A stretch of 24,000 nucleotides of DNA from Desulfitobacterium sp. (GTDB lineage: Bacteria; Bacillota; Desulfitobacteriia; Desulfitobacteriales; Desulfitobacteriaceae), in the NCBI RefSeq assembly GCF_035539115.1, contig NZ_DATLJA010000011.1, positions 20,564 through 44,563 on the forward strand, written 5' to 3'. Below the pieces are notes generated by a model, which saw only the letters and a list, made by a program, of their open reading frames with translations, did not search any database and was not told the origin of the DNA. The translations under genes and the position numbers were made by a program. Positions 14,386-22,400 of this stretch are shown one piece after another. Positions within the stretch are counted from its first letter, which is position 1. The number at the start of each line of letters is the position of its first letter.

Positions 14386-16206
14386 GTGGAATCTGTGTCC
14401 GAACAAAGATATCGAGAATGTATTCCTCAGCTACATAGTCTTTTTTCTGCTTTATCCGAAGAGGAGTATGAATGGATTTTGGCTAACCGGAAGGAGGTAA
14501 TTTATGTAACTCCTGGTGCAGAAGTTGAAACGGGAATTACAGTTGGCATGCCAATCGAAGAACAACCGTGTCTTCAAGAAGTTTTTGGTAAAAAAACTAA
14601 AGTTGTAAAAAAAATAAAGGGTTGGCGAGCTGATCGAGAGCGTATTAGTTTAATGGTTGGGGTTCCTTTTTTAGATGATGAATCCGGTGAAGTTCGGGGC
14701 GCTCTTCTCTATCTAACAGAATTTCACAATAAAATACAAGCAAACGATATTTTAAGTCTCGCTCAAGATATGACCCGTGAGCAAGACCTAGTTACGGCTT
14801 TGAAAATTGTTACGCATCGGAGTTTAGAACTTTTTCAAGTTTCCGCGGCTGGAGTATGGCTTTGGCAAGAGGGTAAATATGGACTGGCATCCATTAGTGC
14901 CCTTATCGAGCAATTGAGTTCTTATGTAGAGAGTAAAGAATTTCCCTCAAATTTCGGACTGAATTGGGTTAAAAAATCCCCTAAAACAGAAAAGAACGTT
15001 CCTTTACTCTCTATACGGCGCGATCTCGATCTCGACGAAATCGATAAACCTTGGATCAAGACGCTCAAGGAATTTGGTCTTCAGACCCTTGTCAGTATAC
15101 CTCTCAGCCACTTCGGCCAAACATTAGGACAGATTATTCTTTTTGCCCGGGAACTCGAGGATATCAGAGATGAAAATGTTTACTGGCTCCGCCAAATCGT
15201 TCCGTTTGTTTCTTCCTTCGTGTATGAACATCAGCTAAGAATTGCGGCCATAGAACGGGAGCAATCCTTAACCTTTCTGCTGCGAGGAACGGAGATTCTT
15301 GTTCAGGCGGACACGGAAGAACAACTTCTCCGGGAGGCTGGGGAAATGGCTATGGAAATTCTTTTCCTTCCGGGCGGATTTTTCTTTCTGGATGAAGAAG
15401 GAGAATGGCGTATTCGGGCGCCATTCGGTCGTTTGAATCAGGCGGAATGGGCATGGCAAGATTGGGTCTGGCGACAAACGGCCCGGGACGAGTACAAACA
15501 TTTTTCCAATCCCCACAGGGCATCGTATTTTCTGGAGGTTGAGGAGAACCCCGATCAATGGCGAAAGGTTTTGATTCAACCGATTGTGACTCATAGTGGA
15601 ATCATCGGCGAACTTTGGTTAATGGATGATTTGGAATGGGTGGCAGAACAACAACAAGAAATTTTATCGGCTTATGTTCGGGATGTTGGGGTGGCCTTAG
15701 ATACGATTCGTCAGCGCGATGAATTAGCTCGTCTAGCCTCGACCGACCGGCTGACCGGAATTTTAAATCGGCAAGGTTTTGATCTACGAATTCGTGAAGA
15801 AATGGCGGGAACACTCCGTCGCAAATCTTCTTTCTTGCTTTTGATTCTTGACTTAGATTCCTTTAAGCATCTTAATGATACTCAAGGGCATCCGACAGGA
15901 GATCTGGCCCTAAAGATGATCGCCCAAAATCTGAGTGCTTCTGTTCGTGAAGCGGATATTGTCGCTCGGACCGGAGGGGACGAATTTACGGTTGTTTTGG
16001 CGGATGTACACAGTGGCCCTGACGCCCAGCAGGTTATCGAACGAATGAGAAACAGCCTGAATCTTAAGAAATTTGGACTTGACGTTAGTATTGGCGTCGC
16101 TGAATTTCCAGCGGAAGGGCGGAATTATGAAGAATTGTACCGCTTAGCAGACCAACGTCTTTATGTTGGAAAAAATACGGGCAAAGGGCAGACTATTTTT
16201 GGCTAA
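14386..16206 (+). CDS. Diguanylate cyclase (GGDEF) with N-terminal GAF-like sensory domains
   Basis: The C-terminus carries DRLTGILNRQGF...LDLDSFKHLNDTQGHPTGD...RTGGDEFTVVL, an intact GGDEF active site. There is no RxxD-type I-site 5 residues upstream (the sequence there is ADIVARTGGDEF). The start is ambiguous: GTG 14386 or GTG 14395, and the latter has better spacing from AGGGTG. Confidence 0.88.
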   Translation: MESVSEQRYRECIPQLHSLFSALSEEEYEWILANRKEVIYVTPGAEVETGITVGMPIEEQPCLQEVFGKKTKVVKKIKGWRADRERISLMVGVPFLDDESGEVRGALLYLTEFHNKIQANDILSLAQDMTREQDLVTALKIVTHRSLELFQVSAAGVWLWQEGKYGLASISALIEQLSSYVESKEFPSNFGLNWVKKSPKTEKNVPLLSIRRDLDLDEIDKPWIKTLKEFGLQTLVSIPLSHFGQTLGQIILFARELEDIRDENVYWLRQIVPFVSSFVYEHQLRIAAIEREQSLTFLLRGTEILVQADTEEQLLREAGEMAMEILFLPGGFFFLDEEGEWRIRAPFGRLNQAEWAWQDWVWRQTARDEYKHFSNPHRASYFLEVEENPDQWRKVLIQPIVTHSGIIGELWLMDDLEWVAEQQQEILSAYVRDVGVALDTIRQRDELARLASTDRLTGILNRQGFDLRIREEMAGTLRRKSSFLLLILDLDSFKHLNDTQGHPTGDLALKMIAQNLSASVREADIVARTGGDEFTVVLADVHSGPDAQQVIERMRNSLNLKKFGLDVSIGVAEFPAEGRNYEELYRLADQRLYVGKNTGKGQTIFG

Positions 16207-16360
16207 CGTCAATCGGAGCTAAGTTTATTGGCGATATCCCTCCAAATTGTTTTAAGCCTTTTTATAAAGAAAACCCGGCTTTCGCCGAGCATTAGCGAGA
16301 ATGAAAGCCGCTGGTTGCACTTATACTATCTGCCCCCAGACTTATACTTTCTGTTAGTAT

Positions 16361-16410
16361 AAAAAACCGTTGTCTTGTTCCTCGATTTTAAGGAGGTCAA
16401 GACAATGGTT
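16361..16410 (-). terminator. Terminator of the cobTUS operon
   Basis: The minus strand has a 13-bp stem (aaccattgtcttg / caagacaacggtt) followed by TTTTTTA, immediately after the cobS stop. Confidence 0.55.
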
Positions 16411-16412
16411 TC

Positions 16413-17225
16413 TTAGTTTATAAAGAAGGGAACGACGCCGATTAAAAAGAGTAATTCTGAAAGCTCAATGCTGGCACCGTATAGATCCCCGGTTAATCCG
16501 CCCAAGAGGTGCGAGACTTTCTGTGTAAAATAAAAAAGAAAGAGAAAAGCAAGAAGAAGGCCAACCAAGCCGGCCCACCCCAGAAGATAGACAGCAAGAG
16601 CCAAGCAGATCAACCCTTCAATAATAAAAAAACAGGGTCGATTAAGCGAACTTTCGTGGAAACCTTGCCCCAGTCCTGTTTTGCGCGCATACGGATAAAA
16701 AAGTATGCCGAACAAAAATAACCAGCGTGAAAGCGTCGGCATGATTAAAACAGCAAAGAAAGGTCCAAAAGTGCTTAAGGATTGGTAGTTAAGAGAAGAA
16801 AAGTTAGAAGAGAAAGACAGTAAAGAACCGCTTCCTTGTAGAAGCCCTGCTAAGAGAGAGAACTTGAGGAGGAGTATGGCACTTGCGCTTAACGCGCCAA
16901 ACGATCCGACTCGGCTATCTTTCATGATCTCGAGCATTCTTTCTGGAGTTCGGGCGGACCAGAGGGCGTCCATGCTATCCATGAAGCCATCCATATGGAT
17001 ACCGCCTGTCAATAGTAATTCTTCAATCAGCAAGAAAGCGGCAACGACAAGGGGAGGATAAAAACTTCGCAAAAGGAGGGCACTTAAGCTCATAATAATT
17101 CCAAGCAAAAGACCGATGAGCGGATAATAACGCTGGCTGGCTGTAAACTCTTCTTGAGTGACATCCGCGGGCGCAGGAAAAGGCAGTCGCGTCAGAAAGG
17201 TTACGGCAATTAAAAATCCACGCAT
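16413..17225 (-). CDS. cobS: Adenosylcobinamide-GDP ribazoletransferase (cobalamin synthase)
   Basis: 270-aa polytopic protein with the CobS N-terminus FLIAVTFLTRLPFP and the HMDGFMDSMDAL motif. It starts 2 nt after the cobU stop. Confidence 0.9.
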   Translation of the reverse strand: MRGFLIAVTFLTRLPFPAPADVTQEEFTASQRYYPLIGLLLGIIMSLSALLLRSFYPPLVVAAFLLIEELLLTGGIHMDGFMDSMDALWSARTPERMLEIMKDSRVGSFGALSASAILLLKFSLLAGLLQGSGSLLSFSSNFSSLNYQSLSTFGPFFAVLIMPTLSRWLFLFGILFYPYARKTGLGQGFHESSLNRPCFFIIEGLICLALAVYLLGWAGLVGLLLAFLFLFYFTQKVSHLLGGLTGDLYGASIELSELLFLIGVVPFFIN

Positions 17226-17227
17226 AA

Positions 17228-17842
17228 TTACGGACGCTCCTGTTGAGGGTTCAAGGAGTTTAAGAGTTCCTGCCCAGACTGTTTGACTTCGATGGGATAA
17301 CCCGCGACGACATAAAATACTTTATCTGCTTGACGAGCAAGGAGCTGATTGGCACGTCCTGCTAAATCACGGTATGAGCGAGCCATAGGATTATCCGGGA
17401 CGATGCCCTGGCCGACCTCATTCGTCACCATAATGATTTGGGGAGTTATTTCCTGGGCAAGGGTTGCGACTTTCTGGACTTGCTCCAGGATTTTTTCCTC
17501 GGCTTCGGGAGTCAGGGTATCAGGGAAAAGTGATTCTGAGGTAGAACCCAAAGATTTGAGTAAGAGATTGGAAAGCCAGATCGTTACACAATCCAGAAGT
17601 ACGACTGCATTTTTATAGCGAATTTCTTCCAAGACAACCGGAATAGCGAAGGGTTCCTCAATGAGTTGCCAGTTGTCTGGTCGCTGGTGTTGGTGCTTTT
17701 TCACTCGCCAGGTCATTTCCTCATCGAGAACCTGGGCTGTAGCGATATAGATAACGGGTCGACCGGAGTGAGCTGCGAGACGTTCCGCAAAGGTACTTTT
17801 GCCGCTGCGGGCTCCACCGGTGATGAGTGTGAAGTTAGACAT
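17228..17842 (-). CDS. cobU: Adenosylcobinamide kinase / adenosylcobinamide-phosphate guanylyltransferase
   Basis: The true start is taken at Met42 of the listed ORF (MSNFTLITGGARSGKSTFAE), because CobU P-loops sit at the extreme N-terminus. A GGAGG lies upstream. The 41-codon extension to 17965 has no family counterpart. Confidence 0.88.
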   Translation of the reverse strand: MSNFTLITGGARSGKSTFAERLAAHSGRPVIYIATAQVLDEEMTWRVKKHQHQRPDNWQLIEEPFAIPVVLEEIRYKNAVVLLDCVTIWLSNLLLKSLGSTSESLFPDTLTPEAEEKILEQVQKVATLAQEITPQIIMVTNEVGQGIVPDNPMARSYRDLAGRANQLLARQADKVFYVVAGYPIEVKQSGQELLNSLNPQQERP

Positions 17843-18151
17843 TGGGATTATCGGCCTCCATTCCGCTTCCGAGGGCACCCTCGCGTATAGGCCGGGGCGC
17901 TTGTAGACCAAACCTAAGGTCCTGACTCTGATTTGAGGTGGACCGATAACACTTAGACGTGTCATCGCCCGCCAAAATCGTCTCCTGACTCTGTTGGCGG
18001 TTGCGCACGTCGTGTGCGCAACCCTTCTTTCTGGGGTATCGCCAGGGCCTAAGTTTGGTGGCTACTCGCTTTAAGGCCTAAGGGAGGGTTGCCCTCGGAA
18101 GCTGGGCTGTTTCTTAAGGGTAATTTAGGGACTTTGGGGTTAGTTTTTAAG

Positions 18152-18367
18152 TATTCCTTTTAGCCTTTACCTACGGCAAAGCTTGGAAGAGCTGTTTTTG
18201 TATTCCTCTTTGCCTTTACCTACGGCAAAGCTTGGGAGAGCTGCTTTTTGTATTTCTCTTTGCTTTTGCCTTTGGCAAAGCTGAGGGATGATGGGGAGAT
18301 GGAGCGTTAATTAGGGAGCTTCTTTAGTATACCTTTTTATCTTGGCCTTTGGCAAAGCTTTCGAAGA
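18152..18367. repeat. Decaying tandem array of a ~50-bp unit (2 near-identical and 2 degenerate copies), each with a CTTTGCC-N-GGCAAAG hairpin
   Basis: R1 is 18152-18200 and R2 is 18201-18250: tattcct(c/t)tt(t/a)gcctttacctacggcaaagcttgg(a/g)agagctg(c)tttttg. R3 starts at 18251 and R4 spans 18328-18367; both are degenerate (...gcctttggcaaagct...). The array is contiguous with no spacers and abuts the cobT stop codon. Confidence 0.75.
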
Positions 18368-19495
18368 TCAGAACTCTCCTGTGGTCACGCCGGCTGATTC
18401 GAAGGTGGCCATTTCGTCGGCGATTTTGAGGGCGGCTTCGATTATTGGAAACATGAGGACTGCGCCTGTGCCTTCCCCAAGTCTCATGTGAAAATCAAGT
18501 CTGGGTGTGAGTCCGAGTTGTTTTAGGGCTAAGCGGTGACCTTGTTCTTCTGAGTTATGGGAAGAGATCATATAGGGGGCGGAGAGGGGGGCAAGTTTTG
18601 CTGCGGTGAGGGCTGCTGCTGATGAGATAATACCGTCGAGAATGATGGGTACGTGTTGGTAAGCGGCCTCGAGGATTGCTCCAGTTAGTGCAGCAATTTC
18701 GAGTCCCCCAATTTTGGCGAGGGTATCGAGGGGGGCAGCGGGATCAGGCCGATTGACTTCAATTGCGCGTTTAATGACGTCTTGTTTATGTTTCAGGGCA
18801 TCGTCCTTAACTCCTGTACCTCGTCCTGTGACTTCTTCGACCGAGTGTCCTGTAAAGACTGAAACAAGGGCAGCACTTGGAGTTGTATTGCCAATTCCAA
18901 CTTCACCTGTTGCCAAAAGGTTAATTCCTAAGTTGATCGCTTTGGCGGCAACATGGGCACCGGTAAGAAGTGCGAGTAAGGCCTCTTGTCGGGTCATTGC
19001 TGGGCCTTGAGTCATATTATTGGTGCCATTTTTGACGCGGTTGGCCATTAGTTCAGGAGGGTCTAAGGGAGAAGCAATCCCTATGTCTGTGCAGATGAGT
19101 TCAGCTCCGCCATGCTCGGCGAGGACATTAATGCCTGCCCCTCCTTTAAGGTAGCTATAGAACATTTCAACAGTAATTTCCTGGGGAGCTGCACTGACTC
19201 CTTCAGCCACGACACCATGGTCTCCGGCCATAAGAAGGACAGCTTTTCCTTTGATTTTTGGTTGTGAGGTGCGATAGATTCCAGCGAGTTGTTGGGCAAT
19301 ATCCTCTAAGACGCCCAAACTTCTGAGAGGTTTAATTTTCGCATTCAAACGTTCTTGCATGCCAGAGATGGATTCTTGGTCGAGCTTTTCAATTCTGCTC
19401 GTAAGCTCTTTTAAGGCAGCTTCGAGGTCTTGTCCTTCTGCTTCCTTAAGATTATTTAGACCATGGAATTTTTCCCCGTTGTTTAGTGTCGACAT
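18368..19495 (-). CDS. cobT: Nicotinate-nucleotide--dimethylbenzimidazole phosphoribosyltransferase
   Basis: 375-aa protein with CobT motifs (MAGDHGV, GGAGINVLA, GEVGIGNTTPSAAL, LGEGTGA). RBS is GGAGGAG. Confidence 0.9.
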   Translation of the reverse strand: MSTLNNGEKFHGLNNLKEAEGQDLEAALKELTSRIEKLDQESISGMQERLNAKIKPLRSLGVLEDIAQQLAGIYRTSQPKIKGKAVLLMAGDHGVVAEGVSAAPQEITVEMFYSYLKGGAGINVLAEHGGAELICTDIGIASPLDPPELMANRVKNGTNNMTQGPAMTRQEALLALLTGAHVAAKAINLGINLLATGEVGIGNTTPSAALVSVFTGHSVEEVTGRGTGVKDDALKHKQDVIKRAIEVNRPDPAAPLDTLAKIGGLEIAALTGAILEAAYQHVPIILDGIISSAAALTAAKLAPLSAPYMISSHNSEEQGHRLALKQLGLTPRLDFHMRLGEGTGAVLMFPIIEAALKIADEMATFESAGVTTGEF

Positions 19496-19523
19496 TTAAT
19501 CTCCTCCATTTTGTTTATTTATA

Positions 19524-19765
19524 AAAAAATAAAGTCCCGCCACAATTTTTGTTGTGGTCGGGACTTTGCCGTCATCTCCGCCGCTTTCCAATACCCCGGA
19601 AAGACTTTTTCTTCTTAGGCAGGTCTCCTGGCTCAGACTCAAGCGCCCTATCGCTCCTTCCCAGCAAATGCCAGTGGATTAGCGGGGGCTTGTCTTTACA
19701 GTGGTGGGTCCGCACCGGATTAAACACCGGTTTCCCTATTCTCCCCCAAAGGGGCACCTAAAAAA
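19524..19765 (-). promoter_or_regulatory. Cobalamin (AdoCbl) riboswitch with intrinsic terminator, leader of cobTUS
   Basis: The minus strand reads uAGGUGCCCC...AGGGAAaccGGUGuuuAAUCCggugCGGaCCCACCACUGUAA...GAGCCAGGAGACCUGCC, which includes the B12 box. It is followed by aaagucccgaccacaac-aaaaa-uuguggcgggacuuuAUUUUUUU, then the RBS and cobT. Confidence 0.92.
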
Positions 19766-19974
19766 TAACTTTAATTTGAATTTATCTTAAGATTAACAAA
19801 GATTCGGAAAAAGTCAAGAACTAAATATAGGGTGAGGTAACTCATCCTTTTGTTATGGGAATATAAGGTGTCAAATATAGAATGAATTTCAAATCTATGA
19901 TATAATACATCTCGAATAGAGGAAGATAATATGATATTGTACTATAACACTAAAATTGAAGGAGCATAAGAAAG

Positions 19975-21393
19975 ATGAAACGGGGAGAATTGAGGCAATC
20001 GGAAACATTAAAATATCAGGAGTTAGAGGGTAAGCGCTCGCATGGGATAGTGGAAAACCTGAAATATTCTTTTATCTTAGAAGGTTTAGTCATTTACAGA
20101 GTGCTTCGTGAAGATACGGTCGTGGAAAGTTTACAGAACCTATTTACTTCTTTAGCAGAGGAAGAGCTTGATCTTATAAAAGTTCATCAAAACTATTATA
20201 CGTTTTGCGCTCTGGCAACTGAAAAGAATTGGCCTAAGTATTTATGGGATCTTGTCTTAGAGTCGGACAATGTTTTTTCCCGGCAAGCCAGTTTTAAAGC
20301 GTGGGAAAACTTAGATACAGGACTTAAAAATCTCGTGATTCGTGACCTAAAGGCAGTTCGGAGGATTGCCGGTCTTCAACCAGAAGATTTACAACGGATG
20401 GTTTGTGAAAGAATGGAGAAGCAAACTGAACTGCCAGGGGAAGAGTGGCTCGAAAGGCTAGAACAGTGGCCGTTATGGGCTCCCCAAGCAGGCGAAGTCC
20501 AACATGATTCAAGTCGCGCGGGTCAATTTTTAGAAACGACACGGAATGAAGTGAAGAAGGTTTTGCTTGCTGACGATGAGGAAAAAGCTGGACGAGAATT
20601 GGCCACTTTTTACCGAAAAATTGGCGTAGGACTGATGGCCGCCGGATTAGCCTTCAAATGGGATGGGAAAGCTAAGGTCCTTGTTAGTGTTACCCCTGAT
20701 CCGATCCGGAAGGAGCAGTTAATTGGGCAAGAGCGTGAACAAGGCATCCTTTTTGAAAACACGAATTTCTTCCTGGCAGGCTATCCTGCAAATAATGTAA
20801 TTCTTTATGGAAACCGGGGAACGGGCAAATCTTCTTTGGTTAAGGCCCTTCTTCAGGAGTATTGTGATCAGGGACTAAGATTAGTGGAACTTTCCAAACA
20901 AGATTTAACGGATTTTCCGTTGATTATTCGTTATCTCGCGCCTCAACCTCAAAAGTTTATTCTTTTTATTGATGATCTTTCGTTTGAGGAGACGGAGTTG
21001 GCCTATAAAGCGTTGAAGACTGTGTTGGAGGGAGGCTTGGAAAAGCGTCCTGACAATGTGCTTATTTATGCGACTTCGAATCGCCGGCATCTTATTCGCG
21101 AGAACTTCTCCGAACGTCAAGGCGACGAGGTTAATGTCCGGGATACCTTAGATGAAAAGCTTTCCCTAGCGGATCGTTTTGGGATCACAATTACTTTCCC
21201 CTCACCAGACCAGGAGGAATACTTGAGGATTGTGGAAGAATTGGCTGCTCAGGAGGGGTTAACGCTTGAAAAAGCACAGCTTCGTCAGCAGGCGTTGAGG
21301 TGGGTTATGATGCATAATGCGCGTTCAGGTCGTACCGCTCGACAATTCATTGATTATTTGGCGGCTCAACAAAAAGTTAATGAGCAAATCTAG
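19975..21393 (+). CDS. DUF815-family AAA-type ATPase with a long N-terminal extension
   Basis: It has Walker A (LYGNRGTGKSSLVKAL), Walker B (FILFIDDLSFEE) and sensor (IYATSNRRHL) motifs arranged as in PF05673 proteins. RBS is GAAGGAG. Confidence 0.8.
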   Translation: MKRGELRQSETLKYQELEGKRSHGIVENLKYSFILEGLVIYRVLREDTVVESLQNLFTSLAEEELDLIKVHQNYYTFCALATEKNWPKYLWDLVLESDNVFSRQASFKAWENLDTGLKNLVIRDLKAVRRIAGLQPEDLQRMVCERMEKQTELPGEEWLERLEQWPLWAPQAGEVQHDSSRAGQFLETTRNEVKKVLLADDEEKAGRELATFYRKIGVGLMAAGLAFKWDGKAKVLVSVTPDPIRKEQLIGQEREQGILFENTNFFLAGYPANNVILYGNRGTGKSSLVKALLQEYCDQGLRLVELSKQDLTDFPLIIRYLAPQPQKFILFIDDLSFEETELAYKALKTVLEGGLEKRPDNVLIYATSNRRHLIRENFSERQGDEVNVRDTLDEKLSLADRFGITITFPSPDQEEYLRIVEELAAQEGLTLEKAQLRQQALRWVMMHNARSGRTARQFIDYLAAQQKVNEQI

Positions 21394-21396
21394 GTG

Positions 21397-21444
21397 GAAT
21401 CGTAATCTTTAACTAAGAAAAGTGTGGAGAACTCCACACTTTTC
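21397..21444. terminator. 23-bp-arm perfect palindrome acting as a bidirectional terminator
   Basis: The sequence is ctttaactaagaaaagtgtggag-aa-ctccacacttttcttagttaaag. The core stem agtgtggag/ctccacact is flanked by A- and T-runs. It starts 4 nt after the DUF815 stop and ends at the Nramp-remnant stop. Confidence 0.6.
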
Positions 21445-21717
21445 TTAGTTAAAGAGCGTTAAATAGATCAGAACGGCATTAAGCGAGATAATAAGCGTGA
21501 CGATGATAACCCCCACGATATTGGTCAGCTTTTTATTCACTATTTCTCGCATAACAGATTTGCGGCTCGTGATCAAAAGAAGAGGGATAACCGCAGCAGG
21601 AAGAGCAAAACTAAGCGTGACCTGGCTGAGAATCAGGATTTTCATCGGATTGATACCAATCCAGAGGAGAATCATCGCCGGGATCATGGTGATAATTCGG
21701 CGAATATTACACGGCAA
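21445..21717 (-). pseudogene. C-terminal remnant (about the last 87 aa) of a second Nramp/MntH paralog
   Basis: NIRRIITMIPAMILLWIGINPMKILILSQVTLSFALPAAVIPLLLITSRKSVMREIVNKKLTNIVG... aligns by eye, at roughly half identity, to the C-terminus of the intact MntH in this window (INLRRLITMTPALIIIALGVNPMSALVISQVVLSFALPFAIVPMLWITSRKDLMGSLVNQPLTKVAG...). The preceding roughly 340 aa are absent. Confidence 0.75.
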
Positions 21718-22195
21718 TCGGACAGGTTATCGCTCGCAATATGTTTGGCTTTCATGACAGGAAAACCTGGGGACATGTCGATACCATCAGGACTAGGAGC
21801 GGACAGATGGATTACCACTATGATGACCTGGGCAATGTCACGGACCTTACAGATATCTAGGTGAGGACATTGTCAAATACCGTTGGGATGCTTTCGGAGG
21901 CATGTTCGCAGGAGTACTTGCTCCGTATAGTAGCATGGGAATAACAGGGAAAAAATATGATCCCGCGACAGGGCAAGCCTTCTTTGGTTCTCGTTGGTAT
22001 AACCCAATGGTTGAGCGGTTACTTTGCCAGATACTTTCATGGGCCAGATAAAGAGTCCACAAAGTCTGAATGCTTATGCTTATGCTGGAAATAACCCTAT
22101 AAATAGATCGATCCGACGGGACATTGGGATACCTCTACATCTTCGACAATTGGATTCCTATTGACCCCTATGGTGGCGACGAATGGTACAATTAA
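21709..22195 (+). pseudogene. C-terminal remnant of an RHS/YD-repeat protein, with at least 3 frameshifts
   Basis: Successive frames read YTAIGQVIA...MDYHYDDLGNVTDLTDI (a YD repeat), then LGEDIVKYRWDAFGG...GITGKKYDPATGQAFFGSRWYNPMV, then VTLPDTFMGQIKSPQSLNAYAYAGNNPIN, then IDRSDGTLG. This follows the RHS core end pattern (tG..yD..tGL.yf.aRyYdP..GRF...D....P.slN.Y.Y..NNP....DP.G). No single ORF spans it. Confidence 0.65.
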
Positions 22196-22301
22196 CATTA
22201 GTTATCAAAGCAAAACTCAGTTTTACAGCTAGTATTAAACCAACCAAACTTATCAAAATTAAGATCTTCTTTTGACTTTTATGAATACTAAGGTCAGCCA
22301 T
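22158..22301 (-). CDS. Candidate 47-aa single-TM small protein
   Basis: GGAGGAGG lies 9 nt upstream of ATG 22301. The product is MADLSIHKSQKKILILISLVGLILAVKLSFALITNVNCTIRRHHRGQ. The gene is short, overlaps the RHS remnant tail in antisense, and sits after the mntH terminator, so the call is tentative. Confidence 0.3.
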   Translation of the reverse strand: MADLSIHKSQKKILILISLVGLILAVKLSFALITNVNCTIRRHHRGQ

Positions 22302-22324
22302 TAGATATGCCTCCTCCATGTTCT

Positions 22325-22351
22325 TTAACAAAGCTGGGTGTTGCACCCAGC
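22325..22351 (-). terminator. Probable mntH terminator
   Basis: The minus strand has gcugggug-caa-cacccagc followed by UUUGUU, about 50 nt after the mntH stop. Confidence 0.5.
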
Positions 22352-22400
22352 CTTATTGCTTTATGCGCTTTCTCGCTACTAAAACCCGTGGCAGAACCCC

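Noticed and set aside
17843-17965. 41-codon N-terminal extension of the cobU ORF (start at 17965)
   Set aside because: CobU P-loops (GGARSGKS) sit at the extreme N-terminus of the family. The extension has no family counterpart and overlaps the structured leader, so Met at 17842 was preferred.
17866-18101. Calling the cobT-cobU spacer a second cobalamin riboswitch
   Set aside because: It has B12-box-like AGAGUCAGGAGAC and GCCAACAG elements. It lacks the conserved GGGAA and GGUGnnAAUCC core that is obvious in the genuine copy at 19524-19765. It is reported as an unexplained candidate RNA instead.
18152-18367. CRISPR array
   Set aside because: The ~50-bp repeats are directly contiguous with no unique spacers, they decay in sequence, and no cas genes are present.
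19549-19761. 70-aa (+) and 61-aa (-) ORFs upstream of cobT
   Set aside because: Both lie entirely within the canonical cobalamin riboswitch and its terminator. Structured RNA explains the sequence.
21847-22062. 71-aa minus-strand ORF
   Set aside because: It is antisense to the region whose plus-strand frames read recognisable RHS core motifs, and its sequence is not protein-like.
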